Shown here in pieces: positions 17,550 to 27,504 of a DNA stretch of 64,000 nt. Made by a program: the position numbers and the translations under genes. The notes under the pieces were generated by a model. It worked only from the letters and a program-made list of their open reading frames with translations. It was not told the DNA's origin and made no database searches. The stretch comes from Gemmatimonadota bacterium. GTDB taxonomy: Bacteria > Gemmatimonadota > Gemmatimonadetes > Gemmatimonadales > GWC2-71-9. The stretch is taken from positions 2,064 through 66,063 of the forward strand of contig JBDGZZ010000002.1 in assembly GCA_039588335.1 (NCBI GenBank). Reading direction: 5' to 3'. The stretch's first letter is position 1, and each line of letters begins with the position of its first letter.

Positions 17550-18779
17550 CTACACGGCCCGGGCGGCGAGCGTGCCCAGGAAATCCGCTACCCTGGCGAG
17601 CGCGGTCGTCAGTTCCTTCTCCGAAGCTGAGTACGAGAGCCGCACCCAGCGATCGTCCCCAAACGCCTCTCCCGGCACGAGGGCAACGCCCTGATCGGCC
17701 AGCAGCCGCTCGCAGAATCGGAGGGCATTGTCGATCTCGCCACCAAAGTAGTTGTCCACCCGGAAAAAGAAGTAGAAGGCGCCCATCGGGTCAACAAACT
17801 CTACACCCGGCATCTTATCACGGAAATACCCAACGACTAGATCACGCCGGTCCCTGAACTCGGCCAACATGTGTTCCACATCGTCATCGATCCGCTCGTC
17901 CGAGTACGCCGTAGCTGCTGCCCATTGGGCGGGCTGGGATGCCCCGTGTGTCATGTGCGACTGCAGAGCAGCCATTGCCTTCACCACGGGTCCAGGCGCC
18001 AAAGCGAGCCCAATACGCCAGCCGGTCATTGCGTATGTCTTGCTCACTCCGCTGATCAGGACGACCCTCTCCAGCAGGTCATCTGACAGATCCAAGACCG
18101 ATGGCGCCGGTCCTGACCCGAAGTGAATTCGCCGGTAGATCTCGTCGGAGATGACCCAAACATCGCGCTCTTTCGCCCAACTCAGGATCGCCTTCAGCTC
18201 CGCACGGGTATAGACCGCACCGGTCGGATTCACCGGCGTGCACAGAATCAGCCCCTTGGTTTGCATATTGGCTGCTGCGTCGAGCTGGTCAACACCAACT
18301 TTTAGACTCCACTGCGGATCCCCCGCCACGAACACCGGTTTGGCGCGCGACAGGTACACAATCTGAGGATATGAGACCCAGAACGGTGCCGGTATCAAGA
18401 CTTCATCGCCAGTGCTGAAGAGGGTGAAGCAGGCATTGAACACCGATTGCTTCGCACCACTCGATACGATGATGTTGTCGGCATTGACAGGTCTACCCCC
18501 CGAAAGGAGCGACAAGTGGCGGGCTGCTGCAGCTCTGAGGTCGAGAATGCCCTGATTGGGTGGATAGTGTGTCTTACCCTGTTGAATCGCCTTGATACCT
18601 GCTTCCGAAGCGATACGCGGCGTATCGAAGTCCGGTTCGCCAGCAGACAGGTTTACGATATCTTCGCCTGCCGCCCTCCGCCTGGTGGCTTCCTGGCTGA
18701 TAGAAACCGTCGCGGAAGGTTCCAGGTGGTCGAGATTCCTGGAGGGCTTGAACTGTATCGGGATCGACCGATCGGTCAC
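17550..18779 (-). CDS. pyridoxal-phosphate-dependent aminotransferase (class I, aspartate aminotransferase-like)
   Basis: PLP-lysine motif SGVSKTYAMTGWRIG. 409 aa. 4-nt overlap with the upstream peptidase gene. Confidence 0.9.
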   Translation of the reverse strand: MTDRSIPIQFKPSRNLDHLEPSATVSISQEATRRRAAGEDIVNLSAGEPDFDTPRIASEAGIKAIQQGKTHYPPNQGILDLRAAAARHLSLLSGGRPVNADNIIVSSGAKQSVFNACFTLFSTGDEVLIPAPFWVSYPQIVYLSRAKPVFVAGDPQWSLKVGVDQLDAAANMQTKGLILCTPVNPTGAVYTRAELKAILSWAKERDVWVISDEIYRRIHFGSGPAPSVLDLSDDLLERVVLISGVSKTYAMTGWRIGLALAPGPVVKAMAALQSHMTHGASQPAQWAAATAYSDERIDDDVEHMLAEFRDRRDLVVGYFRDKMPGVEFVDPMGAFYFFFRVDNYFGGEIDNALRFCERLLADQGVALVPGEAFGDDRWVRLSYSASEKELTTALARVADFLGTLAARAV

Positions 18780-19927
18780 GGCGTCACCACTCCATAGCGC
18801 TTGAGTATGGCCAATGTAGAGCCTAAAGGTAGTGCCTCCACGGCCCCCCGGTATCCCACTACCGGGGTCGCCAGGAACAATGAATTGTATATCGCCTCTT
18901 CGGTTGCCTCGATCACTGCCTCGAACAGTGGGCTCATATGGCCGTTTGGAAGCGGCCCGGCACCGGCAAGTTGGGCAACCGGAACAGTGCTGAACGCGAT
19001 GACGAAGTCACCCGAGCCGTTCGTCATAGAACTCCCCGTGCGGGCGAGGCCAGCTAGCGCTCGTCGGCCCAGGCGAGTGAGATTGCGGTGGTCGACGGGG
19101 GCATCGGTAGCCACCACGATCATGATGGAGCCATCCGCCAGATCCACTCCTTTTCCTTCACCTCCTTCGCCTACAGATCCCTGCAAGTAATACCTCCCCA
19201 ACTCCTGCCCAACGGGCGCACCCGCTATTGACAGCACGCCCCCGAAGTTGGTCTGCACCAACACACCCACCGTCCAACCACCCAGTCCTTCGGGAAGCCG
19301 CCGGCTCGAGGTACCGATCCCACCTTTCCAGCCAAACGCCACCGTACCCCGACCCGCGCCGACACTTCCCTGCTCTACGGGACCGCCCTCAGCACCGTTG
19401 ATCGCTCCCAGCACGTCGGCTTCGGATATCGGACGAAGCCTGATGTGGTTCAGGTAACCATCGTTGGTCTCCCCGACCACAGGATTCGCTGACCGCACGT
19501 TTTCGTTGCCGGGCAGCGAAAGGAGGTAAGTGAGTACCGCGTCGGCGGCCCGCGGCACACACAGGGTACAGGTCAACACTACCGGTGACTCCAGCTCACC
19601 CAGTTCTTGCACCTGGGTGGAGCCAGCCAACTTCCCGAACGCGTTTCCAATCACGACCGCCGCAGGGACCTTCACTTGGAAGACATTGGCTTCGTGCGGG
19701 AGAATGGCGGTGACACCGGTATTTATGGAATCACCTCGAGCAATTGTCACGTGTCCGACCCTGACCCCAGCGACATCGGTGATGGTATTCAGCGGACCTG
19801 GCTGGAGCACGCCTACGACTATGCCGAGGTCTCTAGCGCTCTGCCTCTCCTGCGCCGAGAGATCCGGATTGAAGAAGACGACCGTCATGGCAAGCAACGT
19901 TGCCGTTCTCTGGAACGGGATCATTGG
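18776..19927 (-). CDS. P1 family peptidase (DmpA/S58 L-aminopeptidase-like), secreted
   Basis: GVTAILP, GETNDGYLNHI, and the self-processing-type block WKGGIGTSS. The likely start is MIPFQRTATLLAMTVVFF (signal peptide) at 19927, not the track start at 20098. Confidence 0.8.
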   Translation of the reverse strand, partial: PMIPFQRTATLLAMTVVFFNPDLSAQERQSARDLGIVVGVLQPGPLNTITDVAGVRVGHVTIARGDSINTGVTAILPHEANVFQVKVPAAVVIGNAFGKLAGSTQVQELGELESPVVLTCTLCVPRAADAVLTYLLSLPGNENVRSANPVVGETNDGYLNHIRLRPISEADVLGAINGAEGGPVEQGSVGAGRGTVAFGWKGGIGTSSRRLPEGLGGWTVGVLVQTNFGGVLSIAGAPVGQELGRYYLQGSVGEGGEGKGVDLADGSIMIVVATDAPVDHRNLTRLGRRALAGLARTGSSMTNGSGDFVIAFSTVPVAQLAGAGPLPNGHMSPLFEAVIEATEEAIYNSLFLATPVVGYRGAVEALPLGSTLAILKRYGVVTP

Positions 19928-19964
19928 CACCGCCCTTGTGTGAGAAACTCCACTCTTGGTCGCT

Positions 19965-20810
19965 TCAGCCCGAGGCGTAGTGGTGCCGCTTCCAACGATA
20001 CGGCAGTTCGACCCGGCCCCCACTCTCCCCGATTGACCCGAAAGCGCTGAGCGCATCTCGCAAGATAGTCTTCTGCTGATCGATCTGTCCTGGCTCACCG
20101 AATACCTGACCCAGACGAAACCGGACGATGACGTTGCGCGGCGCAGGAAAGGCCTCTGTCGCCGTCGGTAGTACGCTCACTGTCACGGTCGGTATGCCGG
20201 CGGCCTCCACCGCTCGAGCGACCAGTCCCACGGACTGGTGGCAGGTCGTTCAACCAGGTGCCGTGAGAACTGCATCTGCTCGGCAGGAACGAAAGACGTC
20301 GACGATCTCCGGGATCATCTCACTGACGAATCTGCCTTTCTCCCTCCCAAGGATGTGTCCCATAAACGACACGTTTTGGGTCACGACTCCTCTGATTTCC
20401 TTCGACTCAACCAGCTCCCGCAGTCGCTCAATTGGAAAAACACAATTGACGTCACGATCCGCCGCCGCGTGGTCGTAGTAGTCGTGTGTGATCGTTAGTT
20501 CAGAGGCTGCGACATCACCGGGGATCAGCCGGAAGCTCGCATCACCGTCGTGGTTTTCCATGTCGAAAGGAGCCTGGTGGGTGAGATGGACACCGGCCGA
20601 CGTGAGCAACGCGATCTTGGCTCGAGTGAGAGACCCATCGATGGACGCTAGCGGAGGAAGCGGAATGAGATCCTCCCAACTTCGCACCGCGGTCCATGCG
20701 TATACGCGGTCTAGCCATGGTAGCCTCGAGTTGAGCACCGCTTGGACTCGGTTCCAGCGTCTCCCCAGCGTAAGCCCCCTTTCTGCAGAACCCGCCACGC
20801 TTGGCCGCAA
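19965..20810 (-). CDS. glycine/sarcosine/betaine/D-proline reductase B-subunit family protein (GrdB/PrdB-like), putative selenoprotein with in-frame UGA at 20250..20252
   Basis: Track ORFs 20250..20810 and 19965..20231 share one frame, interrupted only by TGA. Read-through gives ...AVLTAPG-U-TTCHQSVGLVARAVEAAGIPTVTV.... Both halves carry family-like blocks (IALLTSAGVH, DVNCVFPIERLRELV). Start codon is uncertain (TTG). Confidence 0.65.
20221..20252 (-). promoter_or_regulatory. UGA codon plus SECIS-like hairpin
   Basis: mRNA reads UGA-acgaccugcc-ACCAGUCC-GUG-GGACUGGU. The perfect 8-bp stem starts 10 nt after the UGA and has a G/U-containing apical loop. Confidence 0.5.
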
Positions 20811-20875
20811 CAGAGGTTGCGAGATGCTTCCGTGTAAGCTAGCATCTCACCCACCTACATGGCATTGCCGTTTCT

Positions 20876-22219
20876 TTGACAATCGAGGGTCTCGTGTCCT
20901 GGGAATTCGCGCCGGACTTCGATGCTGGCCATCGCGCCGCGCTCGCTGCGGGGAAGAACTTTTTGTACGTGTCACCACCAGCCTGGTGGGCGACCCTTCC
21001 CTTGTTTGCCCAAGTCCCCCCGGCCGAGCCCCCGGGCCTGAACACTGTCGTAGTCGTTCCCGAGGTACTGGGCGTGGCCACCGGGGCCGCTTCACTCAGT
21101 TCGGTCGAGTCCCTGGGAAGCGTCCGCGGAGTATCCGGACTGTCGCGGGCGGCACGCCTATTGGAGCAGAACCTCGCCACCACCCTCGTAGCTACCCCTG
21201 CCGATCTGATGCAGCTAATGACTCGCTCGGCCATCGACCGCGAACGAGTCCGACGAGCGGTTATCGGCTGGCCCGAGATGCTGATGGGTTCCGGACTTGG
21301 TGACACAACCGACTCCATCCTGGCAGAGTTCGGCGGCTTGCAACGGATTGTCGTGACGGCAGACGAGCCAGCGATCAAGGACTTTCTGGAACGACATGCT
21401 CGCCGCTCGCCGATGGTGCTGGCAGCACCACCGATCAAACAGCCTACACCAGCGGTGCGATACGCGGTGACGAGCGCGGCCCACCTGACAGAGTCGGTAA
21501 GGGCAGCCCTCGACATCATCAACCCAGCCAGCACCTTGCTTTGGGATCCAACCCCTTTCGTCGACGAGCGTTGGCGGGAGTACAAAGCCGACTCCGCCAT
21601 TCGGATCGGATCCGATACCGGGGGTGAGCCAGTTGAGCTCGGGGTGGCCGTGGACCTGCCCACAGGTGATGCTCTGGTGGAGCTGGCTGCCACCTCGGAC
21701 GAAGTGTTGGTGTTGATACAGGGACATCAGGTTCAGTATTTGGACTCGATCTCCGAGCGGACGCGGGCTTTTCGACTTCCTTCAGACGCCGACCGAGCCC
21801 GTGACAAAGCGGCCCGGCTCAGGGAGGAGGTAAGGAATCTCATTGCGGAGGGTCGCGGCTCCGGCGAGCTACTAGCACTCGGACCGCTGTTCGATGAGTT
21901 CGACCCGGCAACCGTCGCTGCCGCCTTGGCAGCCAGGACTCCACCCCAAGATCAGCGATCGGACCGCGAGGCGGCTCTGCCGGCTTGGGTAAGGATCCGG
22001 GTCTCTGCCGGCAACAAGGATCGAATCCGGACCGGCGATGTAGTCGGAGCGCTGCTCAATGCCGTCGGCATCACCAAGGACCAGATCGGCCGGGTGGAGC
22101 TGCGGGATGCCCACTCCATAGTAGATGTACGAGCCGATGTTGCGGAGCGAGTTCTACGGGAGCTTGAAGGGGTTACGCTGCGGGGCAAAAAAGTGACGGC
22201 CCGAATCGATCGCCGATAG
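20876..22219 (+). CDS. DEAD-box helicase-like protein with degenerate catalytic motifs and C-terminal DbpA-type RNA-binding domain
   Basis: The C-terminus WVRIRVSAGNKDRIRTGDVVGALLNAVGITKDQIGRVELRDAHSIVDV fits the DbpA/YxiN RNA-binding domain. The N-terminal region is collinear with DEAD-box domain 1 (VATPADLMQLM resembles TPGRL), but Walker A, DEAD and SAT are replaced. Confidence 0.6.
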   Translation: MTIEGLVSWEFAPDFDAGHRAALAAGKNFLYVSPPAWWATLPLFAQVPPAEPPGLNTVVVVPEVLGVATGAASLSSVESLGSVRGVSGLSRAARLLEQNLATTLVATPADLMQLMTRSAIDRERVRRAVIGWPEMLMGSGLGDTTDSILAEFGGLQRIVVTADEPAIKDFLERHARRSPMVLAAPPIKQPTPAVRYAVTSAAHLTESVRAALDIINPASTLLWDPTPFVDERWREYKADSAIRIGSDTGGEPVELGVAVDLPTGDALVELAATSDEVLVLIQGHQVQYLDSISERTRAFRLPSDADRARDKAARLREEVRNLIAEGRGSGELLALGPLFDEFDPATVAAALAARTPPQDQRSDREAALPAWVRIRVSAGNKDRIRTGDVVGALLNAVGITKDQIGRVELRDAHSIVDVRADVAERVLRELEGVTLRGKKVTARIDRR

Positions 22220-22270
22220 GCAAACGTCGAGCCGTCACGCTCCGGGCCACTGAGGACCCATACCCACGAA

Positions 22271-22552
22271 CTAGTTGACTGCGTCTTTCAACGCCTGACC
22301 GGGCTTGAAAGCCGGAACTGTGGCAGCCGCTATCTGGAGCGCGTTGCCGGTGCGCGGATCGCGGCCCGTTCTGGCGGCACGCTGACGGACGACGAAGCTG
22401 CCAAAACCAGTGATCTGGACCTTCCCACCCTTCTTGAGCTCGCCTGCGATTACTCCGTCGGTGCCGAATAGCGCCTCGACGGCCCGGGCAGCATCTGCCT
22501 TGGACAGGTTCGCTGCCGACGCCAGTGCTTCCTGCAACTCTGTCTTGTTCAC
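22271..22552 (-). CDS. hup: HU family DNA-binding protein
   Basis: NKTELQEALA...ITGFGSFVVRQRAARTGRDPRTG..IQIAA..VPAFKPGQALKDAV is a classic HU sequence. The likely GTG start at 22552 gives 93 aa. Confidence 0.9.
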   Translation of the reverse strand: MNKTELQEALASAANLSKADAARAVEALFGTDGVIAGELKKGGKVQITGFGSFVVRQRAARTGRDPRTGNALQIAAATVPAFKPGQALKDAVN

Positions 22553-22726
22553 CGTACCCCCAGTCTCAGTGAGATATTCGTTATGGATGGTCGGGCGCTC
22601 CGGCCGCACCCGGGCTGATCTCATCACAAACAAGTAGTAGAGCGGGCGCTCCACCGCAAGCGTCTTGACTTCTCGGATGGGCGAGCGATAAGCTCATCTC
22701 CCCTTCACACAAGAGGTAATGGCGAC

Positions 22727-23332
22727 GTGGTCCTACCCGCACACACGGGCCAGATAGAGGTGATCACCGGGGTGATGTTCAGCGGCAAGAGCGAGGAGTT
22801 GATTCGCCGAGTCCGCCGCGCCGTGATCGCGGGCAGGAGGGTCCAGGTTTTCAAGTCCCACCTCGACGACCGGTATGTGGCTCTTCATTCAGTAACCACT
22901 CACGATGGCGGCACCGTAGAAGCTGAGCCGATCGACTCAGCCGTCGAGATCGCACGGCGGATAAGACCGGATACCCAGGTAGTAGCGATCGATGAAGTCC
23001 AGTTCCTCGACGAGGGGATCGTGTCAATCACCTCTGCCCTCGCCGGGAAGGGTCTCCGGGTCATACTGGCGGGTACCGATACCGATTTTCGTGGCGAGCC
23101 GTTCGGGATCATACCAGAACTGATGGCAGTCGCCGAGTTCGTCGACAAGCTGCACGCGATTTGCGTGATTTGCGGTGGAGACGCCTGCCGTAACCAGCGA
23201 CTGATCGACGACAAGCCGGCCCTCTACGACTCCCCCACTATCATGGTGGGCGGGAGTGAAACCTATGAAGCACGTTGTCGCCAGTGCCATGAGGTACCCC
23301 GAATCGATGAGGACCAGACGGAACTACTGTAA
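22727..23332 (+). CDS. tdk: thymidine kinase
   Basis: P-loop [14 protein letters not shown], a VIAIDEVQF Walker B-like block, and a C-terminal zinc motif C..CG...C...R. Confidence 0.9.
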   Translation: MVLPAHTGQIEVITGVMFSGKSEELIRRVRRAVIAGRRVQVFKSHLDDRYVALHSVTTHDGGTVEAEPIDSAVEIARRIRPDTQVVAIDEVQFLDEGIVSITSALAGKGLRVILAGTDTDFRGEPFGIIPELMAVAEFVDKLHAICVICGGDACRNQRLIDDKPALYDSPTIMVGGSETYEARCRQCHEVPRIDEDQTELL

Positions 23333-23401
23333 GACCGGCGTGCTGGGGGGCAGATGGGCTACCGGCAACCCGGGCCCGCTGGGTCGCGACGGGACTGGGC
23401 G

Positions 23402-24004
23402 ATGCTGAACGTCGTGGTCACCGGGAACGTCGGAGCCGGGAAGTCCACTGTCGTCCGTTGGTTCGCCCGGTGGGGAGCCACCGTAATAGATGCAGACGCC
23501 TTGGTGCGTGAGGTCCAAGGGCCGGGGACCGAGACGCTGAAAGCAATCTCCCTCCGGTTCGGAACCGATGTGCTGCGTCCCGATGGATCCCTCGACCGAC
23601 CGGCGCTGCGGGGCAAGGTCCTGGGAAACGACCAAGCCCTGGCCTCGCTAAACGAGATCGTGCACCCTGCGGTCCAGGGGCGACGGTCAGAACTGGCGGC
23701 GGAGGCCATGGAGCGGGGAGACGAGATTCTGGTTAATGACATCCCCCTGCTGTTCGAGGTCCTGGACCCAGCCGACTTCGACGTCGTGATTCTGGTTGAT
23801 GCACCGGTACACGTCAGGCACCAGCGCCTGCTCCGGCGCGGGTTGACACCGGAGGACGCGGACCAGCTCATCGCAGCCCAGCTTCCGTCTGACCAGAAGC
23901 GCGGCAGGAGCGACATCGTGATCGAGAACGACGGATCGTTCGATGACCTGGAGCGAGCGAGTCGGGCAGCTTGGACCGAGGTGCGAAAGCGAATGAATGA
24001 CTGA
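23402..24004 (+). CDS. coaE: dephospho-CoA kinase
   Basis: MLNVVVTGNVGAGKSTV P-loop at the N-terminus; ~200 aa. An alternative upstream ATG exists at 23354. Confidence 0.85.
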   Translation: MLNVVVTGNVGAGKSTVVRWFARWGATVIDADALVREVQGPGTETLKAISLRFGTDVLRPDGSLDRPALRGKVLGNDQALASLNEIVHPAVQGRRSELAAEAMERGDEILVNDIPLLFEVLDPADFDVVILVDAPVHVRHQRLLRRGLTPEDADQLIAAQLPSDQKRGRSDIVIENDGSFDDLERASRAAWTEVRKRMND

Positions 24005-24118
24005 CCGATCGCGCCGCACCAACCGCCACTGTCCGTACCGGATCGCCAGAGTTGACAGCCACAGGCCGGTCCGATAACCTACGCCTCGCAAACCCAAGAC
24101 GAGAAAAACGGGACTCCC

Positions 24119-24508
24119 ATGTCAAATATCCCCGATAATCTGCATTACACCGAGGAGCATGAGTACGTCAAACCGACCAGCGAGCCCGGCGTAGTGCTGG
24201 TCGGCATTACGGATTACGCACAGGGCGAGCTGGGTGACGTCGTGTATGTGGAACTTCCCGACGCCGGGTCCACCCTCAACGAAATGGATGTCTTCGGCAC
24301 CATCGAAGCCGTAAAGGCGGTGTCTGAACTGTTTTCGCCAGTGGCGGGTGAAGTTATCGAAATCAACAGCGGACTAGATGGCAATCCCAACCTCGTGAAC
24401 GAGGACCCATACGGAGACGGCTGGATGATCAAGCTCCGCATGCGGAACCCCGAGGACGCCCAACAGCTACTCGGCGCTTCGGACTACGCACAACATATCG
24501 GCGAGTAG
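24119..24508 (+). CDS. gcvH: glycine cleavage system protein H
   Basis: HEYV...VGITDYAQGELGDVVYVELP...IEAVKAVSELFSPVAGEV (lipoyl-lysine motif). 129 aa. Confidence 0.95.
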   Translation: MSNIPDNLHYTEEHEYVKPTSEPGVVLVGITDYAQGELGDVVYVELPDAGSTLNEMDVFGTIEAVKAVSELFSPVAGEVIEINSGLDGNPNLVNEDPYGDGWMIKLRMRNPEDAQQLLGASDYAQHIGE

Positions 24509-24550
24509 CCAGCCGGGAGCGGGCGGGCCCGCATGAACAAGTGACTGACA

Positions 24551-24580
24551 CGCCCCGGGATCCTTTTCCGGGGCGTTTTT
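24551..24580 (+). terminator. intrinsic terminator-like hairpin between gcvH and gcvP
   Basis: CGCCCCGG-gauccuuuu-CCGGGGCG followed by UUUUU, located 43 nt after the gcvH stop and 16 nt before the gcvP ATG. Confidence 0.55.
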
Positions 24581-24595
24581 GCCAAGGACTGAAAT

Positions 24596-27499
24596 ATGCA
24601 GAACCCACTACCTCACACTGATACCGAGCGATTCATAAGCAGACATCTTGGGCCACGCCCAAAGGACATCGACGTAATGCTCGACGCCCTCGGGTTCGAC
24701 TCTCTCGATGCGCTGATGGACGCCGTTGTGCCACAGGAAATCCGTGTTGAAGGCCCACTGGACCTGCCCCCCGCCCGGACGGAGCGAGAGGTGCTCGAGG
24801 AACTGGAACAGCTGGCCGCCCGCAATCAGGTACTTAGGACATATATCGGGATGGGATACTACGATTGCGTCACACCTCCGGTAATCCAACGCAACCTCCT
24901 GGAAAACCCAGGCTGGTACACAGCGTACACACCGTACCAGGCCGAGATCGCGCAGGGCCGGCTCGAAGCTTTGCTCAACTACCAGACCATGATATCGGAC
25001 CTGACTGGCCTGGACGTGGCCAACGCGTCTCTGCTCGATGAGGGAACCGCAGCGGCCGAGGCTATGACGATGACGCTCGGGATAGTGAAGCACTCCGGCA
25101 GGCCCGTCTACCTGGTGGACATCAACTGCCACCCCCAGACGATTGCTGTCGTAAAGACACGCGCGGAGGTACGGGGCGTCGACGTTGTGGTAGGTGACGC
25201 CCACGATTTCGAATTCAAGCCCGGAGTTATCGGGGCGTTGCTACAGTATCCAAACACTTACGGTCACATAGACGACTATCGCTCAGTTTGTGCTAGAGCA
25301 AGAGAGGCCGGTGCCTTGCTAACAGTGGCCACCGATCTCTTGGCACTCACGATGATCACGCCCCCAGGAGCTCTGGGAGCGGACATCGCCGTGGGCAACT
25401 CCCAGCGTTTCGGAGTCCCCATGGGATACGGTGGACCGCACGCGGGGTTCTTCGCGACAAAAGAGGAGTTCAAAAGGAAGATCCCCGGGCGTGTGATCGG
25501 AGTGTCGAGGGACAGTAACGGAAACCCCGCGCTCAGAATGGCGCTACAGACCAGGGAACAACACATTCGCAGGGACAAGGCCACGAGCAACATATGCACT
25601 GCCCAGGTGCTGCTCGCTGTCATCGCCGGCATGTACGCGGTGTACCACGGACCGGTCGGGCTGCGGCGCATAGCGCGGCGAGTGCATGCCCTGGCGGTTA
25701 CACTAGCGCAGGCACTGGAGCGTCTGGGTTACACCATCGTACACGACGCTTTCTTTGACACCCTGTGCGTGGAAGGCGGACCCAACAGCGTCCTGCAAAT
25801 CACCGAAGCCGCCCTCCAACGACAAATGAATTTGCGCCATGTGTCCGATACTCGGTTGGGCATAGCGTTGGACGAAACGACCACGCTGTCGGACATCGAA
25901 GACATCGCGTCGGCGTTTGCGCCGGACGGCACGCTTCCCTTTGACATGCCGCAGCTGGCCAGCGAATCCGCGGACTCGCTGGCTGTTCCGGAGGACTTCC
26001 AACGCACGAGCGAGTTTCTGACCCACACGGCGTTCCATCGGTATCACTGCGAGATGGAGATGATGCGGTACTTGAAGAAGCTCGAGTCAAGAGACCTGTC
26101 GCTCACATCAGCGATGATTCCGCTCGGTTCATGCACCATGAAGCTCAACGCCGCGGTGGAAATGATGCCTGTTACCTGGCAGCGTTTTGGCCGTCTCCAT
26201 CCATTCGCACCGCGCGAGCAGGCCGAGGGTTACAGCCAGATGTTCGTGGAGCTCGAGCAGCAACTGGCTGAGATCACTGGGCTGCCCCACGTGTCGCTGC
26301 AGCCCAATGCGGGAGCTCAAGGCGAGTTTGCGGGCCTTTTGGTCATGCGCGCATACCACCGCTCTCGCGGTGACGCCAAACGAACGATCTGCCTGATTCC
26401 CAAATCAGCCCACGGAACAAATCCCGCAAGCGCAGTAATGGCCGGGCTGAAGGTTGTTGCAGTGAATACCGACGAGCACGGCAACGTGGATACAGACGAT
26501 CTGCAAGCCAAGGCCGAGCAACATAAGGACGAGCTAGTCGGACTGATGATCACCTACCCGTCCACACACGGTGTGTTCGAAGCCAAGATAAGGAATATTT
26601 GTGAGATCGTGCATGACAACGGCGGCCAGGTATACATGGACGGGGCCAACATGAACGCTCAGGTGGGCATGTGCCGACCAGGCGACTATGGTGCCGACGT
26701 GTGCCACCTCAATCTGCACAAGACGTTTGCCATTCCGCATGGGGGAGGCGGGCCGGGAATGGGTCCGATCTGCGTGGCAGGCCATTTGGCCTCGTTTCTT
26801 CCGGACCACCCCGTGGTGCCACTCGGGCATGCGAACTCGTGTGGAACGGTGTCAGCCGCTCCCTGGGGTAGTCCCTCGGTCCTACCTATATCGTGGGCCT
26901 ACTTGGCGCTCACGGGACCGAACGGGCAGGCTGATGCAACGAAGGTCGCGATCCTAAACGCGAACTATATCGTCAAGCGACTCGAAGGCGAGTACTCGCT
27001 GCTTTATTCGGGTGAGAACGGGTTGATCGGTCATGAGTGCATCATCGACACGCGACCGTTCAAGGCCAGCTCCGGTGTCGAAGTCGAGGACATTGCAAAG
27101 CGTCTGATGGACTATGGCTTCCACGCCCCGACCGTTTCGTTCCCGGTACCGGGGACACTGATGGTCGAACCCACTGAGAGCGAGTCAAAGGAAGAGCTGG
27201 ACCGCTTCTGCGATGCCATGCTGGCGATCCGAGAAGAGATGCGCGAGATCGAGGACGGGCGAGTAGATTCGGAGAACAATCTGCTCAAACATGCGCCCCA
27301 CACGATGGGGGTGATCGCCTCTGACAATTGGGACAGGCCCTACTCGAGAGAGAGGGCGGCATTCCCCACAGCCGGAACGCGAGATCACAAGAGCTGGCCG
27401 ACTGTCGGCCGGGTGGATGGCACATTGGGTGACCGGCATCTCATCTGCCGCATTCCAATGGACACGATGAGCGAGGTTCCCGAGCCGGTCGGAGCTTAG
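24596..27499 (+). CDS. gcvP: glycine dehydrogenase (decarboxylating), single-chain P protein
   Basis: 967 aa with the typical N-terminal FISRHLGP and the PLP region [18 protein letters not shown]. Confidence 0.95.
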   Translation: MQNPLPHTDTERFISRHLGPRPKDIDVMLDALGFDSLDALMDAVVPQEIRVEGPLDLPPARTEREVLEELEQLAARNQVLRTYIGMGYYDCVTPPVIQRNLLENPGWYTAYTPYQAEIAQGRLEALLNYQTMISDLTGLDVANASLLDEGTAAAEAMTMTLGIVKHSGRPVYLVDINCHPQTIAVVKTRAEVRGVDVVVGDAHDFEFKPGVIGALLQYPNTYGHIDDYRSVCARAREAGALLTVATDLLALTMITPPGALGADIAVGNSQRFGVPMGYGGPHAGFFATKEEFKRKIPGRVIGVSRDSNGNPALRMALQTREQHIRRDKATSNICTAQVLLAVIAGMYAVYHGPVGLRRIARRVHALAVTLAQALERLGYTIVHDAFFDTLCVEGGPNSVLQITEAALQRQMNLRHVSDTRLGIALDETTTLSDIEDIASAFAPDGTLPFDMPQLASESADSLAVPEDFQRTSEFLTHTAFHRYHCEMEMMRYLKKLESRDLSLTSAMIPLGSCTMKLNAAVEMMPVTWQRFGRLHPFAPREQAEGYSQMFVELEQQLAEITGLPHVSLQPNAGAQGEFAGLLVMRAYHRSRGDAKRTICLIPKSAHGTNPASAVMAGLKVVAVNTDEHGNVDTDDLQAKAEQHKDELVGLMITYPSTHGVFEAKIRNICEIVHDNGGQVYMDGANMNAQVGMCRPGDYGADVCHLNLHKTFAIPHGGGGPGMGPICVAGHLASFLPDHPVVPLGHANSCGTVSAAPWGSPSVLPISWAYLALTGPNGQADATKVAILNANYIVKRLEGEYSLLYSGENGLIGHECIIDTRPFKASSGVEVEDIAKRLMDYGFHAPTVSFPVPGTLMVEPTESESKEELDRFCDAMLAIREEMREIEDGRVDSENNLLKHAPHTMGVIASDNWDRPYSRERAAFPTAGTRDHKSWPTVGRVDGTLGDRHLICRIPMDTMSEVPEPVGA

Positions 27500-27504
27500 C
27501 CGCC

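Noticed and set aside
20839-21693. 284-aa minus-strand ORF opposite the DEAD-like gene
   Set aside because: Ser/Arg/Thr/Ala-rich low-complexity translation, typical of an antisense shadow frame in GC-rich DNA. The plus-strand frame carries recognisable DEAD-box collinearity and a DbpA domain.
24005-24118. Possible glycine riboswitch upstream of gcvH
   Set aside because: Only ~115 nt are available, much of it taken by a promoter-like TTGACA…ATAACC. I could not find the conserved glycine-aptamer elements (GGAGAG…CACCG…CUCAGGCAA-type).
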